Shown here piece after piece: positions 48,032-57,453 of a DNA stretch of 64,000 nt. The DNA lies in NCBI GenBank assembly GCA_030747785.1, contig JASLKC010000026.1, forward strand, positions 68,967 through 132,966, given 5' to 3'. Within the stretch, counting starts at the first letter, position 1. Each line of letters begins with the position of its first letter. A program made the translations under genes and the position numbers. Under the pieces are notes generated by a model. The model saw only the letters and a list, made by a program, of their open reading frames with translations. It was not told where the DNA came from and ran no database searches. The stretch is from Candidatus Poseidoniaceae archaeon (GTDB lineage Archaea; Thermoplasmatota; Poseidoniia; Poseidoniales; Poseidoniaceae).

Positions 48032-48502
48032 TCAGACGATTGCACATAAGTCATCGAGCAATTGTTGAGCGCTGTTTATTGCATATGATTTGATACTTCG
48101 ATGAAATAACCGGCCCATGCCTACAGTCTCCCATTTAGAATGAATTTCAACGCCTCCGTTTTCTTCTTCTAGTACTGTAATATGCAATCTGAAATTTCCA
48201 ATACCCCTTGCAATGGGCTTCTCATTCCGCGTTTGCCCTATCAGCAACATGACAATCTCAAGGAAATGATCATCTTCTCTAATCTCTTCAATTTCCCATT
48301 GTGATTCAATTAGTGACCCTTTCAAAACAGAATGGTGTGCAAGAAAATATCCTTCTTTTAATGAGCCTGAATCGGTTGCTAGCATGCTAGAAATTGCGGA
48401 GTTCCAACTGGGCCAGGAATTGATATTTAAAAGTGCAAACCTGATCTTTTGGCACTTTTCCAAAGGTAATGGCTTCCTTACGGTAAAGGAATGAGTTGCC
48501 AT
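48032..48502 (-). CDS. Small SRPBCC/START-like protein (tentative)
   Basis: About 156 aa from the internal ATG. INSWPSWNSAISSM resembles the polyketide_cyc2/SRPBCC N-terminal motif. Confidence 0.3.
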   Translation of the reverse strand: MATHSFTVRKPLPLEKCQKIRFALLNINSWPSWNSAISSMLATDSGSLKEGYFLAHHSVLKGSLIESQWEIEEIREDDHFLEIVMLLIGQTRNEKPIARGIGNFRLHITVLEEENGGVEIHSKWETVGMGRLFHRSIKSYAINSAQQLLDDLCAIV

Positions 48503-48584
48503 GACAATCCGAAGAGGAAGAGGGCATTGTAGTTGTGGAACAAACAATACATTATTTCAAATGCAGTAAGATGGTGGAGACATC

Positions 48585-51233
48585 ATGCGTCAAAGTATTC
48601 CAGTGATTATTTGTTTGTTGTTATTAATGCCAACAATACAGGTTGCTGCAGATGCAGAAGAACCCCTTGGGTGGGCCATTACTGCAGGCGGGTTCGATGA
48701 AGAGAAGGTAGCAGGCCATGTAATTCTTGATGATGATTCTACTATTATTGCCGGAGAATTTACTTCAGCAATAACATTTGACGATAGTGGTATTGGAGCC
48801 GTTGGCTTCACTGGTGACGCCGATATGTTTCTAGCTCATGCAGATTCAAATGGCAGTTGGACAGTAAGTGAGGGATATGGGAGCGAAGGTGCTGATGGAA
48901 TCGATGCAATCGTATTGCACGAATCAGGTGATTTGATTATCGCAGGACACTTTTGTCTTGGCACTGCGGGTTTAGCATGTACACTAAATATGAGCTCTGG
49001 AATTTCTCTTTCAAAGACTTCTGATGGCGATGAAGGCAACGCATTTGTCGCACGAATGCACTTCAATGGAGCAGGATTTGAAACTGTATGGGCGCGTCAA
49101 GTTTCCAATCCCTCTGACCTATCAGCAGTTGATATTGCACTGAATCCTAGTGGAGGAATTGCAGTTTCGATTCTTCATACAGGTATGCTTGAACTCGATA
49201 CAATAATGGTTCCAGGTTCTGGAGGCGTAAGTCTTGCAATCATTCATTATGATGAGAATGGAATCATAACTTGGGCAAATGGAGTAGGCAGTCCTGGCGG
49301 CATGGAACCATTTGGCGCATTATGCTATTCTGATGATGGATATTTGCATGTTGTTGGAACTTTCCTAGAATCTGTGATGTTTATTGAGATGGAAGAATCA
49401 AATGGGGGCGCAGATATTTTTGTAACCCAACTCGATGGTGATGGTAATTTCACTTGGGCCCTTACCGCAGGGGGTATCGATGATGATTGGGCTACCGATT
49501 GTGCGGTAGATTCTCAAGGAGATATTAGAATGGTCGGACAGTTTGCCGAAACCGCTTCCTTTGGAGAGATAAACGTCACATCAAATGGTTGGTGGGACTT
49601 ATTTCATGCCCGTATTACTTCTGGCGGCCTTGTTGACTCAGTAGTAAGTAGTGGTGGTGGTGGCTGGGAAAGCCTAGATTCCATTATCCTTGATTCACGA
49701 GATAATGCATATGTGGTAGGATCTCACACTGCAGAATTCACATTAGGAGCAGATACTCTCACCGATTCTGATAGTAATGGAGACCGTCGAGACATTATTG
49801 TTGCTCAAATGACCGAAAATGATGATTGGGCATGGGCTCTAAGTGCTGGTGGTTCAGGCGACGATAGAGGAGTATCAGTTCAGTTAGGTGCAAACGAATC
49901 ACCTGTAATAGGGGCAGTATATACAGAGTCAATCACCCTTGCAAACCAAGAATTCAATGCTCAAGGATATGAAGATTTAGCACTTTGGCTATATGCGCGT
50001 GACCATGATGATGATGGAATAACCGATGGTTCGGATAATTGTCCAAGAGATGCAAATCCCACCCAAAGCGATTGGGATGAAGATGGCTGGGGTGACGTAT
50101 GCGATGATGACGACGACGAAGATGGCGTTGGCGATGATTGGGATGATTGTGCCCTTGGGGAAAAAGGATGGGTTTCTACACCAGAATCAGATCACGATGT
50201 TGATGGTTGCAAAGATTCGAGTGAGGATTTGGATGATGATGAAGACGGCATTCTCGATCAGTATGACGAGTGTCAACTCGGGCCAGTAGGCTGGGTTTCC
50301 ACAATTACAAACGATGAAGATCAGAATGGTTGCGAAGATATCGATACCGATGGCGACGGTTTTGTTGACCAACTCGACAAGTGCCCCACAATCCAAGACG
50401 ACCAAGCCGACCTAGACTCTGACGGAATTGGTGATGCTTGTGAAGATGATACCGATGGCGATGGCGTACTCGATGTAGAAGACAATTGTCCGCGTGATGA
50501 CTTCACCTGGGATAGCACATATTCTCTAGACTACGATTCAGATGGTTGTCGTGACGAAGATTGGGACACCGATGACGATGAAGATGGCTCCTTAGATTTG
50601 TTTGATAGTTGCCCATATGGCGAAGTTCGATGGAATTCAACAGAAGACTATGATGGCGATGGTTGCCGTGATGGTGAAGAAGACATCGATGAAGATGGTG
50701 ATAATGTGCTTGATGAATTCGATAATTGCCCGCAGGGGATTATTGGTCCAGCAGGAGTAGGAATGGACGTAGATAGTGACGGTTGTGTAGACCCATCAGA
50801 AGATGATGATGATGATAACGATGGAGTCCTCGATGCCGATGATGAATGTGATTACACACCAATAGGCTCTACAGTTGACTCCAAGGGTTGTACAGGACAC
50901 CAGCTCGATGATGACAATGACGGCGTTTCAAATGTTGATGATTTGTGTCCTGCTAGTCCAGCCGGAACCATAGTTACCTCAACTGGTTGTAAAGTGTCGA
51001 CTTCTAACAATGGCCCAACGGATTCAGTCTCAAGCGATGAAGATGAAGAGGATACAGATTGGTTCATATTTGGGCTATTCTCTTTGGCTGCCTTACTAAT
51101 TGCAGGCGCAGTCATTGTTTACTTCTTACCAGTGAAAGAGATTAGTATTCCAACACCCGAAAGGAAAGAGGCTCCAGAAATCACTCCTGAGACAGCCGCT
51201 GCAGCTCCTCAACGAGAAACCAATCAATTGTAA
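48585..51233 (+). CDS. Secreted, C-terminally anchored surface protein: beta-propeller-like N-terminal half plus TSP3-like calcium-binding repeats
   Basis: Signal peptide MRQSIPVIICLLLLMPTIQVAADA. It has repeated G..D.....A.D..G...V.G.F units and about 15 D.D.DG..D repeats (about 49990-50990). A Ser/Asp linker, a TM (FIFGLFSLAALLIAGAVIVYF) and a short tail follow. Confidence 0.8.
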   Translation: MRQSIPVIICLLLLMPTIQVAADAEEPLGWAITAGGFDEEKVAGHVILDDDSTIIAGEFTSAITFDDSGIGAVGFTGDADMFLAHADSNGSWTVSEGYGSEGADGIDAIVLHESGDLIIAGHFCLGTAGLACTLNMSSGISLSKTSDGDEGNAFVARMHFNGAGFETVWARQVSNPSDLSAVDIALNPSGGIAVSILHTGMLELDTIMVPGSGGVSLAIIHYDENGIITWANGVGSPGGMEPFGALCYSDDGYLHVVGTFLESVMFIEMEESNGGADIFVTQLDGDGNFTWALTAGGIDDDWATDCAVDSQGDIRMVGQFAETASFGEINVTSNGWWDLFHARITSGGLVDSVVSSGGGGWESLDSIILDSRDNAYVVGSHTAEFTLGADTLTDSDSNGDRRDIIVAQMTENDDWAWALSAGGSGDDRGVSVQLGANESPVIGAVYTESITLANQEFNAQGYEDLALWLYARDHDDDGITDGSDNCPRDANPTQSDWDEDGWGDVCDDDDDEDGVGDDWDDCALGEKGWVSTPESDHDVDGCKDSSEDLDDDEDGILDQYDECQLGPVGWVSTITNDEDQNGCEDIDTDGDGFVDQLDKCPTIQDDQADLDSDGIGDACEDDTDGDGVLDVEDNCPRDDFTWDSTYSLDYDSDGCRDEDWDTDDDEDGSLDLFDSCPYGEVRWNSTEDYDGDGCRDGEEDIDEDGDNVLDEFDNCPQGIIGPAGVGMDVDSDGCVDPSEDDDDDNDGVLDADDECDYTPIGSTVDSKGCTGHQLDDDNDGVSNVDDLCPASPAGTIVTSTGCKVSTSNNGPTDSVSSDEDEEDTDWFIFGLFSLAALLIAGAVIVYFLPVKEISIPTPERKEAPEITPETAAAAPQRETNQL

Positions 51234-54040
51234 ACGATTGAAGGTGCAAGTGGCATTGCAGAACCTGATTTACCAATGTCATCTTCTCCAGTTTCAACTT
51301 CAAATGATGTAATCGATAGTTCGTCATGAATGAAATCAGAAGCAGCATTCAGAACCGCTCCTTCATCGAGGTCACCGACGATTATTTCTTTCTCTTCATC
51401 GGACCATTTGAACACCTGAGGAAGCATTCGCTTACCCCAGAACGTCATTACTTCCCCCTTCATTTCGCCTTGAGCAAAGGAAAAGGAATCGAGTTTGGAG
51501 GCGAAGGATTTGACATTCTCGCCTTCTGTGATATGAGATATTGCAGCTTGAGCTAGGCTACGCTTCCAAGGCCGAGTAATGTGAATTAAAGCGCTGCTAG
51601 GCTCGCCACCAATATGTCGCGATGCAATCTTTGCTACCTTTCGCGCCTGCTCTAGGAATGAACGGAGAAAAGCCTCGTTTTCAAGCGAGCATTTTTCTTC
51701 TGAACTCATTTCTTCAAGATCAGGATTAACCCTTCCAGCGATAAGATCGTCATGACCGAGTATCTTCCACCAATCTTCAGCGAGGTGAGGAGTTGCAATC
51801 GAAATCATGTAGGCCCAATTTTCAAGAATTTTCGTTCCGATTTCTCGGTTTGCCCCACCACGCCTTCGATACCAATTGATATCCTTCACTAAATCAAAGT
51901 GTGAAGCATCAACTGCGCCCCTAAGGTCATAGGAATCCATTGCGGTTTGCCATTCGGATTTCCTTTGTTTGAGTCGAGCAATCATCCAAGTATCAATATC
52001 ACTAGCCTTTCCTTTCCATGCAAGGATATTTTCAGGCATATTGTAGAGTTGTATCATCTGTCGATGATTTGCTTCTAGGGCGGAATCAGACCAATCCATT
52101 CCTGCGGTTGGATTAGCTGCGAAGAGGATGAATAGACGCACAGTATCTGCACCAAACCTTTCAATCATCTCTTCTGGAGATACTGTATTTCCTAGAGATT
52201 TACTCATTTTTGCACTGCGTTCAGAGAGTGTAGCGTCACAATGCGGGCAAGGGTTTCCAGAGTGTGAAACATTGAGTGTAATAGCACAAGTGTCACACCA
52301 CGGCGCCCCTTTGTTGACCATCCCTTGGCACAGAAGTTCTTGGAATGGTTCATCGATTGAATGCAAACCCAGGTCCCTTAACGCCTTCGTCCAAAAGCGC
52401 GCATAAATCAGATGCATTTGTGCATGCTCAATTCCCCCACAGTAGAAATCCACATTCATCCAATGATCAGCAACTTCTGGATTGAAACAAACATCATCTT
52501 GCATTGAATCTGCAAATCTTAGGAAATACCATGAAGAATCGACGAAAGTATCCATTGTATCTGTTTCCCTCTTTGCTGGAGCGCCACACGAAGGGCACTC
52601 GACATTACAGAATGTTGGACTTGATTCGAGCGGATTCCCTTTGCCATCAAAGATAACATCTTTTGGTAATTCTACTGGCAATTGGTTTTCTGGAACAGGG
52701 ACTGCTCCACATGAGTCGCAATGGATAATTGGAATTGGAGTGCCCCAATAGCGTTGACGACTAATCAACCAAGGACGAATTTTCCAATTTATGGTTCCTT
52801 TTCCTTTGCCGATTTTTTCTAAAGCCGCACAAATTGCTGACTTGGCGTCATCCCCATACAAACCGTCGAAACCTTCTATCGGGCTGTTTACCATCCAACC
52901 ATTATCACATTCTGCAGCAGATAATTCTGCGGAAGCATCACCATCTTCTTCCATTACCAGAACACGTTTGATAGGGATGCCATACTCCTTGGCAAACTCA
53001 AAGTCACGGTCATCGTGACCAGGAACTGCCATTACTGCACCAGTGCCATAGGAAGCGATAACGAAATTTCCGATCCAGATTGGGATTTTTTCTCCAGTCA
53101 ATGGGTGAATTGCGTTCGCGCCAGTCGGCACACCTTTCTTTTTGCCCATATTTTTGATTCGATCAAATTCACTCATCAGATTGATTTCATCGTAGAGTTC
53201 TTTCCAATCCGCCCTATATTCAGTACCCGAAACGAGTTCTTCAGAAAGAGGGTGTTCTGGTGCAAGTGTCACGAAAGTTGAACCAAATAGAGTATCTGGC
53301 CTTGTAGTGAATACCGAGATAGTGTCTGTACGCCCCTCGATTCCGAATTCAATTTCAGCACCTTCGGAGCGCCCAATCCAATCCTGTTGTAGAGCCTTTA
53401 CATTTTCAGGAAAATCGATGGTCTCAAGGCCATCAAGCAATTCTTGTGCATATTCTGTAATATTGAGGAACCATTGACTCATTTCCTTTTGTGAGACCGG
53501 ACCGTTACATCTCCAGCATCTACCAGCCTTTACTTGCTCATTTGCCAAAACGGTATTACAAAGCTCACACCAATTTACAGGAGCGTGTTTCTGATAAGCT
53601 AGCCCATTTTCCAAGAATTTGAGAAAGAACCACTGGTTCCAGCGGTAATATTGCGGGTCATGGCTTTTTACGAGCCGTCGCCAGTCATAGGAGAACCCCA
53701 TTCTCTTGATTTGATTAGTAATGGATGCCATGTTTTTCTCGGTAATATCATGCGGATGCACTCCTTCAGCAATTGCAGCATTCTCTGCTGGCATTCCGAA
53801 TGAATCGAATCCCATTGGGTAGAGAACATCGTAACCCATCAATCGCTTATACCGTGCGACTGCATCACCAATAGAGTAGTTTCGAACATGGCCCATATGC
53901 ATCTTCCCAGAGGGGTAAGGGTACATTTCGAGACAATAGAAAGTAGGCTTACCATCTCGCAATTCAGTATTGAAAATACCAGCCTTTGCCCATGCATCCT
54001 GCCAGACCGTCTCGGTAGCCTGTGGAGTGTAGTCTGACAC
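51224..54040 (-). CDS. leuS: Leucyl-tRNA synthetase
   Basis: HIGH motif PYPSGKMHMGH, KMSKS motif KMSKSLGN, and editing-domain motifs TTRPDTLFG and YGTGAVMAVPGHDDRDFEFA. Confidence 0.9.
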   Translation of the reverse strand: MSDYTPQATETVWQDAWAKAGIFNTELRDGKPTFYCLEMYPYPSGKMHMGHVRNYSIGDAVARYKRLMGYDVLYPMGFDSFGMPAENAAIAEGVHPHDITEKNMASITNQIKRMGFSYDWRRLVKSHDPQYYRWNQWFFLKFLENGLAYQKHAPVNWCELCNTVLANEQVKAGRCWRCNGPVSQKEMSQWFLNITEYAQELLDGLETIDFPENVKALQQDWIGRSEGAEIEFGIEGRTDTISVFTTRPDTLFGSTFVTLAPEHPLSEELVSGTEYRADWKELYDEINLMSEFDRIKNMGKKKGVPTGANAIHPLTGEKIPIWIGNFVIASYGTGAVMAVPGHDDRDFEFAKEYGIPIKRVLVMEEDGDASAELSAAECDNGWMVNSPIEGFDGLYGDDAKSAICAALEKIGKGKGTINWKIRPWLISRQRYWGTPIPIIHCDSCGAVPVPENQLPVELPKDVIFDGKGNPLESSPTFCNVECPSCGAPAKRETDTMDTFVDSSWYFLRFADSMQDDVCFNPEVADHWMNVDFYCGGIEHAQMHLIYARFWTKALRDLGLHSIDEPFQELLCQGMVNKGAPWCDTCAITLNVSHSGNPCPHCDATLSERSAKMSKSLGNTVSPEEMIERFGADTVRLFILFAANPTAGMDWSDSALEANHRQMIQLYNMPENILAWKGKASDIDTWMIARLKQRKSEWQTAMDSYDLRGAVDASHFDLVKDINWYRRRGGANREIGTKILENWAYMISIATPHLAEDWWKILGHDDLIAGRVNPDLEEMSSEEKCSLENEAFLRSFLEQARKVAKIASRHIGGEPSSALIHITRPWKRSLAQAAISHITEGENVKSFASKLDSFSFAQGEMKGEVMTFWGKRMLPQVFKWSDEEKEIIVGDLDEGAVLNAASDFIHDELSITSFEVETGEDDIGKSGSAMPLAPSIVYN

Positions 54041-54111
54041 GGGATGTCCTCCTTCAGCCCCTATGGGGCTGTCATGACGAAAGGACGAGTCTCCTTGAAA
54101 CCATCTGCTAT

Positions 54112-56640
54112 TCAGAACTCGTTGGTCTCTAGTAGGAACATTGCTTCACGAGTCAAGCGGTATCGATTTCGAACGCCCATCTTTCGCTTTTCGACCAATC
54201 CGAACTTTTGCAGAGTACGTAGGTGATGGCTAACCAATTGCTGACTTCGGTCCAGCCTCTGTGCGAGTTCTGCCTGAGTGGGGAAGTCACCCATCTGCCC
54301 ATCGTCATCAAGCAGGTGTAGAATCTTGCCTTGGAGGCTATTTGGATCTGGAGATAGAGGAGGTAGAGGCAGATCATCATCAGAAATCGTAGGATGAAGG
54401 TTGCTCGTGAATGGATAGAATCGAACTAGGCGTCCATCCGGTCTGCGCCAAATTCTTTCTTCGACTTCCAATACCTTGAGGTGGTGTGTAATCTGGCCAT
54501 TACTCATTTCGAGTGCTGCCATAAGAGCACGGAAGTGACATCCTGGGTTTGCTGTGAGGTAACCCATCAAACGTCCACGCTGATAGCGTCCATCACTGGT
54601 CTCACTTGTTCTTCCAAGTAGCCCCATGAACCATAGTCCAGCAGTAGTGGCAGGAATTCTCCAACTTTCATTTGTCGCTACCATGCCGAATAAGGTAGCA
54701 ATAATACCGGTGCTTGCAACAACGGCTCCAATTGTAATAATCGTTGGATTCAAGCCCTCTTCCTCTTCAACAACCACAGTCTTCGTTTCTGGGTCATCTT
54801 GCGCTTCAGATTCAACAGCAGGGCTATTTTCGTTTACTATTTCTGTAATGTCAATAGATTCTGTGGAAAAGGTTGCACATGCTGGAGTTGATTGAGCCGC
54901 CACAACTTGGTAATGGCCCTCAACTCCATTTGCTGGAATCCAAGAGATAAGTCCTGGTGCCCCAGCTAAGGTGATGGTATCGCCATCGATTGTGGTAAGG
55001 AACCAACAAACTCCCTCATCAGAAGAAATTGAGTTCCAAGTTCCTGACACAATCCAAGAATCTACTGTTTCATCTTCTGTAACCGTTTCTTCGGACTGGC
55101 CCTCTTCTTCAACTAAAGGCCAACTGAATTCGATTACTTGATGCGCTGAAGGATTGGAGTTCGTCTTGATGTCGAGGACATAGTCTCCATTTTCTAAACC
55201 GCTCATATCGATCCCAATCTCTTCAACTGCCAATGGTGAATCAATACGTTGTGTGATATCAGATGATTGCTCACAATTTGAAAGAATATGTGCGACTTCT
55301 CCACCCTCTCCATTGAGTGATGTTTCAATTCCACAAGCCGTGACCCATGTAATATCGGTGGGCTGAGTAGATGAGAGCTTTACATCAATAAGCAAAGAGT
55401 CAGCGAAACTAGAGAGGGAACCTTCGAGAGAAAGTGGACTTTCTCCACAATTTCCTGCGTGCCCTCTGTCAAGGAAAATGGTGTGTGAGCCGAATAAATT
55501 GTGCTCAGGTAACTCTGCAATGATAGTAAGTTCCCCGCTTCCAATATTACAGGCATCAAGGTCGGTAAATGCCCATTCAGGCTGATTGAATGATTGTGTG
55601 CCAGATGGCTCAATGAGATTTTGAAGTTCAAAGGATGTACACGATTTCATTAATCGAGTATCCATGACGAGTAGTCCAGAGGAATCGATAATCCATATTT
55701 CGCCACGGCACGTGTCGGTGAACTCCAGTGTCACATCTTCAGCTCCAACATTTACAACTTCGATTGTTGCTTGGAGCATCTCGTCACCACCAAATATTCC
55801 TTCATTATCATTCGATAATAGGATATTTAATTCCAATGCTGAGAGGTCACCAGTACTGGCTCCAATCCCTTCGCCTGCAGCCACACTAATTGTGGTCGAA
55901 TCGCTTAATGCTCCATCACCAAGAGCCCAAGAGATTACCTGCTCTCCTTCTTCGAGGGCGATTAGGCTACTTGTGAGGTGATAGACCTCACGTGGTGCTA
56001 GCATGGATGGCCCACACGCTTCCGAAAGAGCATCGTCGATGTTTATTCTGCATTCATTCATGTCGAGTACCATTTCTTGGTCGAGATTATTGACTAGATT
56101 CAAAGTTAGAATAGCAGGTGAATCTGTACTGAATTCGCCTGTCCGTGTTGTGATCGTTGCTTCTAGTTCAAGACCTTCAGGGATTAGAACCGGAGTCTGA
56201 ACTTCCACCGATTGTGAAGATGAAAGTCCTGAACCAGCAACAATCGCTTCAACGATATATTCTCCAGATGGGACTAACATTCCATCATCATCGAGAAGGT
56301 CCCAACTGAGAATTTCTCGGTCAAGTGTGGAACTTGCGGCAAGTTCCAGTCCACGGCTTTGTTCGCGGCACATCTTCATTCCATCGAAAATAAGATTTCC
56401 TTCTGACCAGACTCTGATGACATCTCCACAAGAAGGGTCTGTGTCAATAACTGTCGAAGAGCCATCGTTGACAATTGTAAGAGAGATTGAAACAATATCT
56501 CCAGAACTAAACCAACCCTTCTCTGGAGCCTCGTAGAGGCTCGTGTCAAGGTGCGTGGAATCACCATCTGCCAGAGCCGCTGGAATCATCGCCAGCATCA
56601 GGCCAGCGAGGACAATAGCCAGCGTGCGCTTCGGGAGCAT
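54112..56640 (-). CDS. Membrane-anchored protein: signal peptide, large extracellular beta-rich domain, one TM helix, two C-terminal cytoplasmic winged-helix (ArsR/MarR-like) domains
   Basis: Signal peptide MLPKRTLAIVLAGLMLAMIPAALADG and TM IITIGAVVASTGIIATLFGMVA (encoded about 54680-54750). Then come CHFRALMAALEMSNGQITHHLKVLEVEERIWRR and TQAELAQRLDRSQQLVSHHLRTLQKFGLVEKRK. Confidence 0.65.
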   Translation of the reverse strand: MLPKRTLAIVLAGLMLAMIPAALADGDSTHLDTSLYEAPEKGWFSSGDIVSISLTIVNDGSSTVIDTDPSCGDVIRVWSEGNLIFDGMKMCREQSRGLELAASSTLDREILSWDLLDDDGMLVPSGEYIVEAIVAGSGLSSSQSVEVQTPVLIPEGLELEATITTRTGEFSTDSPAILTLNLVNNLDQEMVLDMNECRINIDDALSEACGPSMLAPREVYHLTSSLIALEEGEQVISWALGDGALSDSTTISVAAGEGIGASTGDLSALELNILLSNDNEGIFGGDEMLQATIEVVNVGAEDVTLEFTDTCRGEIWIIDSSGLLVMDTRLMKSCTSFELQNLIEPSGTQSFNQPEWAFTDLDACNIGSGELTIIAELPEHNLFGSHTIFLDRGHAGNCGESPLSLEGSLSSFADSLLIDVKLSSTQPTDITWVTACGIETSLNGEGGEVAHILSNCEQSSDITQRIDSPLAVEEIGIDMSGLENGDYVLDIKTNSNPSAHQVIEFSWPLVEEEGQSEETVTEDETVDSWIVSGTWNSISSDEGVCWFLTTIDGDTITLAGAPGLISWIPANGVEGHYQVVAAQSTPACATFSTESIDITEIVNENSPAVESEAQDDPETKTVVVEEEEGLNPTIITIGAVVASTGIIATLFGMVATNESWRIPATTAGLWFMGLLGRTSETSDGRYQRGRLMGYLTANPGCHFRALMAALEMSNGQITHHLKVLEVEERIWRRPDGRLVRFYPFTSNLHPTISDDDLPLPPLSPDPNSLQGKILHLLDDDGQMGDFPTQAELAQRLDRSQQLVSHHLRTLQKFGLVEKRKMGVRNRYRLTREAMFLLETNEF

Positions 56641-56700
56641 GAAATGATGACGAACATCATCACTTAGAAGTCATGCGGTCCATGGAATTGGTGAGCGAAG

Positions 56701-57453
56701 ATGGCAAACACGATTCTTGAGACGCCAAAAATGCTGGTAATACAGGCGCAGTTGGGCGAATGGGACAATCTCAATCATCTATTGGTGTGCAAATCTACAT
56801 CTTCAGCGGCAATTATCGACCCCTTCTTCGCAAAGTATTGGATTGAAGTCTGTTCAGACAATGGCTGGACCCTCTCTCAGGTCTGGTTAACACATTCTCA
56901 TTGGGACCATTCTAAGGGTGTTGAGGGCCTTGCAGATAGAGAGGTTTGGGTTCATGAATTGGAAGCAGAAAGAGGATGGAATGGACCGTCAAATCATGAA
57001 TGGAAAAATCGAGAAAACACCCCTGTAATTCAGAGGATTGGCAATCTTGAGATAGAAGTTCATCATACTCCAGGGCACACTCCAGGGCATGTCACATTCA
57101 TTGGAGAGGGAGTTGTTGTTAGCGGAGATTGCATGTTTCTTGGCCGATGCGGGAGAACTGATCTTTTTGGAGGAGATGCTGAAGCACAACGTCGATCATT
57201 GATACACCTCAAAGAGCGATTGAAGCGAGCCCCTGAGGATTGGTTGGTATTACCAGGGCATCAATATGCACTATCGGATGGAAGAAATCCAACATTTATC
57301 ACAGTGGGTGAACTATTGAATGATAATGAAGCACTCAATGCCCTACACAGCGATGATGCTTGGCACAATCTCGAATTCCTTTCTTTCGATGATAGTCTAG
57401 CAGAAAAAGCCCGTCGTGAGAAGGCACGTTCACAGACTAATCAATCACAATAA
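56701..57453 (+). CDS. Metallo-beta-lactamase-fold hydrolase (glyoxalase II-like)
   Basis: THSHWDH motif, HTPGHTPGH and a downstream GD...GRCGRTD. Confidence 0.75.
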   Translation: MANTILETPKMLVIQAQLGEWDNLNHLLVCKSTSSAAIIDPFFAKYWIEVCSDNGWTLSQVWLTHSHWDHSKGVEGLADREVWVHELEAERGWNGPSNHEWKNRENTPVIQRIGNLEIEVHHTPGHTPGHVTFIGEGVVVSGDCMFLGRCGRTDLFGGDAEAQRRSLIHLKERLKRAPEDWLVLPGHQYALSDGRNPTFITVGELLNDNEALNALHSDDAWHNLEFLSFDDSLAEKARREKARSQTNQSQ

